Shown here one piece after another: positions 63,601-64,000 of a DNA stretch of 64,000 bases. Origin of the DNA: Pavona decussata (lineage: Eukaryota); contig CDRNST010000088.1 of NCBI GenBank assembly GCA_977016875.1, positions 248,001 to 312,000 on the forward strand, written 5' to 3'. Under the pieces are notes generated by a model that saw only the letters and a program-made list of their open reading frames with translations, had not been told where the DNA came from and did not search any database. The position numbers and the translations under genes are program-made. Numbering within the stretch: position 1 is the stretch's first letter; each line of letters opens with the position of its first letter.

Positions 63601-63867
63601 TTGACCTACTTCAATGTCACAAAAGATATTATATTATTTGAAATTTTCGAGATGGCACTTTACCGAAGGGGTATACGAGTACAGCAACAAAACCTCTCGA
63701 AATGGGTACTTGAAAACGCTAAAAATCGGAGCTTTTCCTCCCGTGAGGCGAACAGCTTTGCCCTCGGGAAACTACTCGCTCCTCAGTACGGAGAATTTGA
63801 ACAGACATCCGTGCACATTTTGCGCCAAAACAAAGTTATTTCGTTCCTGGGAACAGGGTTGATGAAG
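37311..63867 (+). CDS. WDR87: WD repeat-containing protein 87-like (WDR87/WDR97 family), 21 or more exons, over 1700 aa, incomplete at the 3' end
   Basis: Phase-consistent exons 37311-38058, 38594-38665, 39090-39582, 41167-41327, 41882-42167, 43596-43704, 45482-45871, 46144-46236, 47059-47142, 47665-47929, 48296-48479, 51081-51357, 52665-52858, 53637-53854, 54569-54810, 55299-55505, 60163-60208, 60875-60967, 61590-62332, 62835-63033, 63626-63867. WD40 repeats (GH..ITKL...SSSLDKTIRLWN). Motifs IPPW, YCTDLTMRIF, EDGGVRLVSPVHG, EVLVFESDTNPC and VCFANSRGDILV resemble human WDR87 as I recall it; Lys/Glu-rich tracts and a HEAT-like repeat follow. Confidence 0.82.
38594..38665 (+). CDS. WDR87: WDR87-like exon 2
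   Basis: aacag|GDKNGSIRAWSTSLNSFPMVTQFL|gtaagt. Confidence 0.88.
39090..39582 (+). CDS. WDR87: WDR87-like exon 3 (WD40)
   Basis: tacag|GHTAAITKLLVHPNEPLLISSSLDKTIRLWN...DTNPC|gtaaga. Confidence 0.9.
39596..39627. repeat. (AAAT)n microsatellite
   Basis: About 8 tetramer copies just after the exon 3 donor. Confidence 0.9.
40494..40565 (+). tRNA. tRNA-Gly (anticodon TCC)
   Basis: 72 nt; GCGTCGG/CCGACGC acceptor stem, GCTGC-CTTCCAA-GCAGT anticodon arm, GGTTCGATTCC B box, downstream oligo-T. Confidence 0.97.
41167..41327 (+). CDS. WDR87: WDR87-like exon 4
   Basis: ccccag|AHQLWAAE...GLLFAGHYNGQISLVSSK|gtgacg. Confidence 0.85.
41882..42167 (+). CDS. WDR87: WDR87-like exon 5 (WD40)
   Basis: tttcag|...AHQGEVT...SCGTDCTVRIW...|gtgaag. 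Confidence 0.88.
42962..43043 (-). tRNA. tRNA-Arg (anticodon CCT) with 9-nt intron
   Basis: GCCTCCGTGGCCTAATGGATAAGGCGTCGGCCTCCTA-gtccggaga-AGCCGAAGACTGTGGGTTCGAATCCCGTCGGAGGTG; TTTT terminator downstream. Confidence 0.9.
43142..43223 (+). tRNA. tRNA-Arg (anticodon CCT) with 9-nt intron (43179-43187)
   Basis: Same as the minus-strand copy except 2 exon substitutions; 73 nt after intron removal; oligo-T terminator from 43229. Confidence 0.92.
43596..43704 (+). CDS. WDR87: WDR87-like exon 6
   Basis: catcag|VREENN...EGHSAPING|gtaaga. Confidence 0.82.
43879..44960. mobile_element. About 1.1-kb GC-richer insertion, probable decayed transposon
   Basis: Composition shift; agcctt/aaggct ends and loosely inverted subterminal blocks; no recognisable protein. 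Confidence 0.3.
45482..45871 (+). CDS. WDR87: WDR87-like exon 7 (WD40)
   Basis: aacag|LTCCSTLGLFATSSEDQCVKIWN...VCFANSRGDILVGF...PKKKKK|gtacaa. Confidence 0.88.
46144..46236 (+). CDS. WDR87: WDR87-like exon 8
   Basis: ttgcag|93 nt, phase 0-0|gtgcga. Confidence 0.75.
46440..46715 (-). mobile_element. Degenerate LINE reverse transcriptase fragment
   Basis: Minus strand reads ILGPLLFL..ND...YADDTQ...LNINPDK, RT motifs of CR1/L2-group elements. Confidence 0.8.
47059..47142 (+). CDS. WDR87: WDR87-like exon 9
   Basis: cttcag|84 nt, phase 0-0|gtaacc. Confidence 0.7.
47665..47929 (+). CDS. WDR87: WDR87-like exon 10
   Basis: tttcag|...WPCAPDGYIPNSVVR...|gtatgt. Confidence 0.82.
48296..48479 (+). 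CDS. WDR87: WDR87-like exon 11
   Basis: tttaag|phase 1-2, open, Lys/Arg-rich|gtagga. Confidence 0.75.
48504..48994. mobile_element. PIF/Harbinger-type MITE
   Basis: Perfect 32-bp TIR tgcatcagtcaattccagctgtgcccatcccc, TTA on both sides, internal caaatgcccc repeats. Confidence 0.9.
50196..50316. repeat. 45-bp tandem repeat (about 2.6 copies) within a probable repeat element at about 49980-50510
   Basis: atggaatcgttgggtaatgatgacgt..cat.ac.gaacgcccgc at 50196 and 50241, partial copy at 50286. Confidence 0.8.
51081..51357 (+). CDS. WDR87: WDR87-like exon 12 (Glu-rich acidic tract)
   Basis: tttcag|EGLDEEEEEKEEEEEM...|gtaaaa. Confidence 0.8.
52665..52858 (+). CDS. WDR87: WDR87-like exon 13
   Basis: cttcag|LEIKSSELS...EEFKNVE|gtaggg. 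Confidence 0.8.
53637..53854 (+). CDS. WDR87: WDR87-like exon 14 (HEAT-like repeat)
   Basis: RRAGVWALGEM...LIDNDEKTREEAKTVLKNL; donor CAG|GTATCA; AAG acceptor inferred from phase. Confidence 0.78.
54569..54810 (+). CDS. WDR87: WDR87-like exon 15
   Basis: attag|GVDTMEGL...HPKTM|gtaaaa. Confidence 0.75.
55299..55505 (+). CDS. WDR87: WDR87-like exon 16
   Basis: caacag|207 nt, phase 0-0|gtaaga. Confidence 0.72.
55610..58895. repeat. Diverged 54-bp minisatellite, interrupted by a SINE and a roughly 1-kb insertion
   Basis: Consensus gaacttatctctcgatttttggctattttcacgaatttgagaccagaaaggaat; period 54 (aacttatc at 58683 and 58737); blocks at about 55610-55750, 55965-56250 and 57300-58895. Confidence 0.9.
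55780..55960 (-). mobile_element. tRNA-derived SINE-like element
   Basis: Minus strand cagtagctcagaggttagagca (A box)...gtaggttcgaattcc (B box); adjacent (cacgcggt)4. Confidence 0.7.
59793..59945 (+). mobile_element. Degenerate tRNA-derived SINE
   Basis: ggcaacgtggtctagcggttag A-box-like head and decayed B box; other decayed heads at about 715-770, 49518-49585 and 51470-51535. Confidence 0.45.
60163..60208 (+). CDS. WDR87: WDR87-like exon 17
   Basis: gcttag|46 nt, phase 0-1|gtaaga; bridges phase between exons 16 and 18. Confidence 0.65.
60875..60967 (+). CDS. WDR87: WDR87-like exon 18
   Basis: ccgcag|93 nt, phase 1-1|gtaatt. Confidence 0.65.
61163..61231. repeat. (TTGTA)n microsatellite
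   Basis: About 13 copies of a pentamer. Confidence 0.95.
61590..62332 (+). CDS. WDR87: WDR87-like exon 19 (large)
   Basis: Inside a 268-codon ORF; catcag| ... CAG|GTTGGT; phase 1-0. Confidence 0.72.
62835..63033 (+). CDS. WDR87: WDR87-like exon 20
   Basis: taatag|KKDEDILP...SIHT|gtgaag; open, phase 0-1. Confidence 0.62.
63626..63867 (+). CDS. WDR87: WDR87-like exon 21 (acceptor uncertain)
   Basis: Within ORF 63520-63966; weak AAG acceptor chosen by phase; donor AAG|GTTAGC. Confidence 0.45.
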
Positions 63868-64000
63868 GTTAGCGTTTGTACCACTAGCCTGCGTGGTCAG
63901 GTGTTCCTCGATGACTGCGCCGCCACCAGTCTGCAAGGACAGACGCCATTGTTAACCTCCTTTTGACTTGATCGCGCTATCCTTGCAATGTCGCGGCCGA

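Overview
Eukaryotic, intron-rich, AT-rich animal DNA. The repeat families and Shaker gene structure suggest a stony coral or other anthozoan; this is inference. Left to right: (1) the last 9-10 exons of lin54 (tesmin/CXC, DREAM/MuvB subunit) on +. (2) A convergent Kv1/Shaker potassium channel on -, with its whole core in one exon (8934-10670). (3) About 25 kb of apparently gene-free upstream DNA that holds several short ATG-initiated candidate exons. Each ends in a phase-1 donor that splices in frame onto the channel exon, suggesting a cassette of alternative N-termini that would also mask an MGxxxS myristoylation motif. (4) A young 5'-truncated Penelope-like (GIY-YIG) retroelement with an inverted pLTR; each arm carries a minimal U3-A8 variant hammerhead ribozyme. 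(5) A 21-exon or longer WDR87-like gene (37311 to beyond the window end). Its introns host tRNA-Gly(TCC), a divergent pair of tRNA-Arg(CCT) genes with an identical 9-nt intron, MITEs, SINEs, a LINE RT fragment and a 54-bp minisatellite. Exon models were built by hand from splice signals and frame phase and need RNA-seq confirmation.
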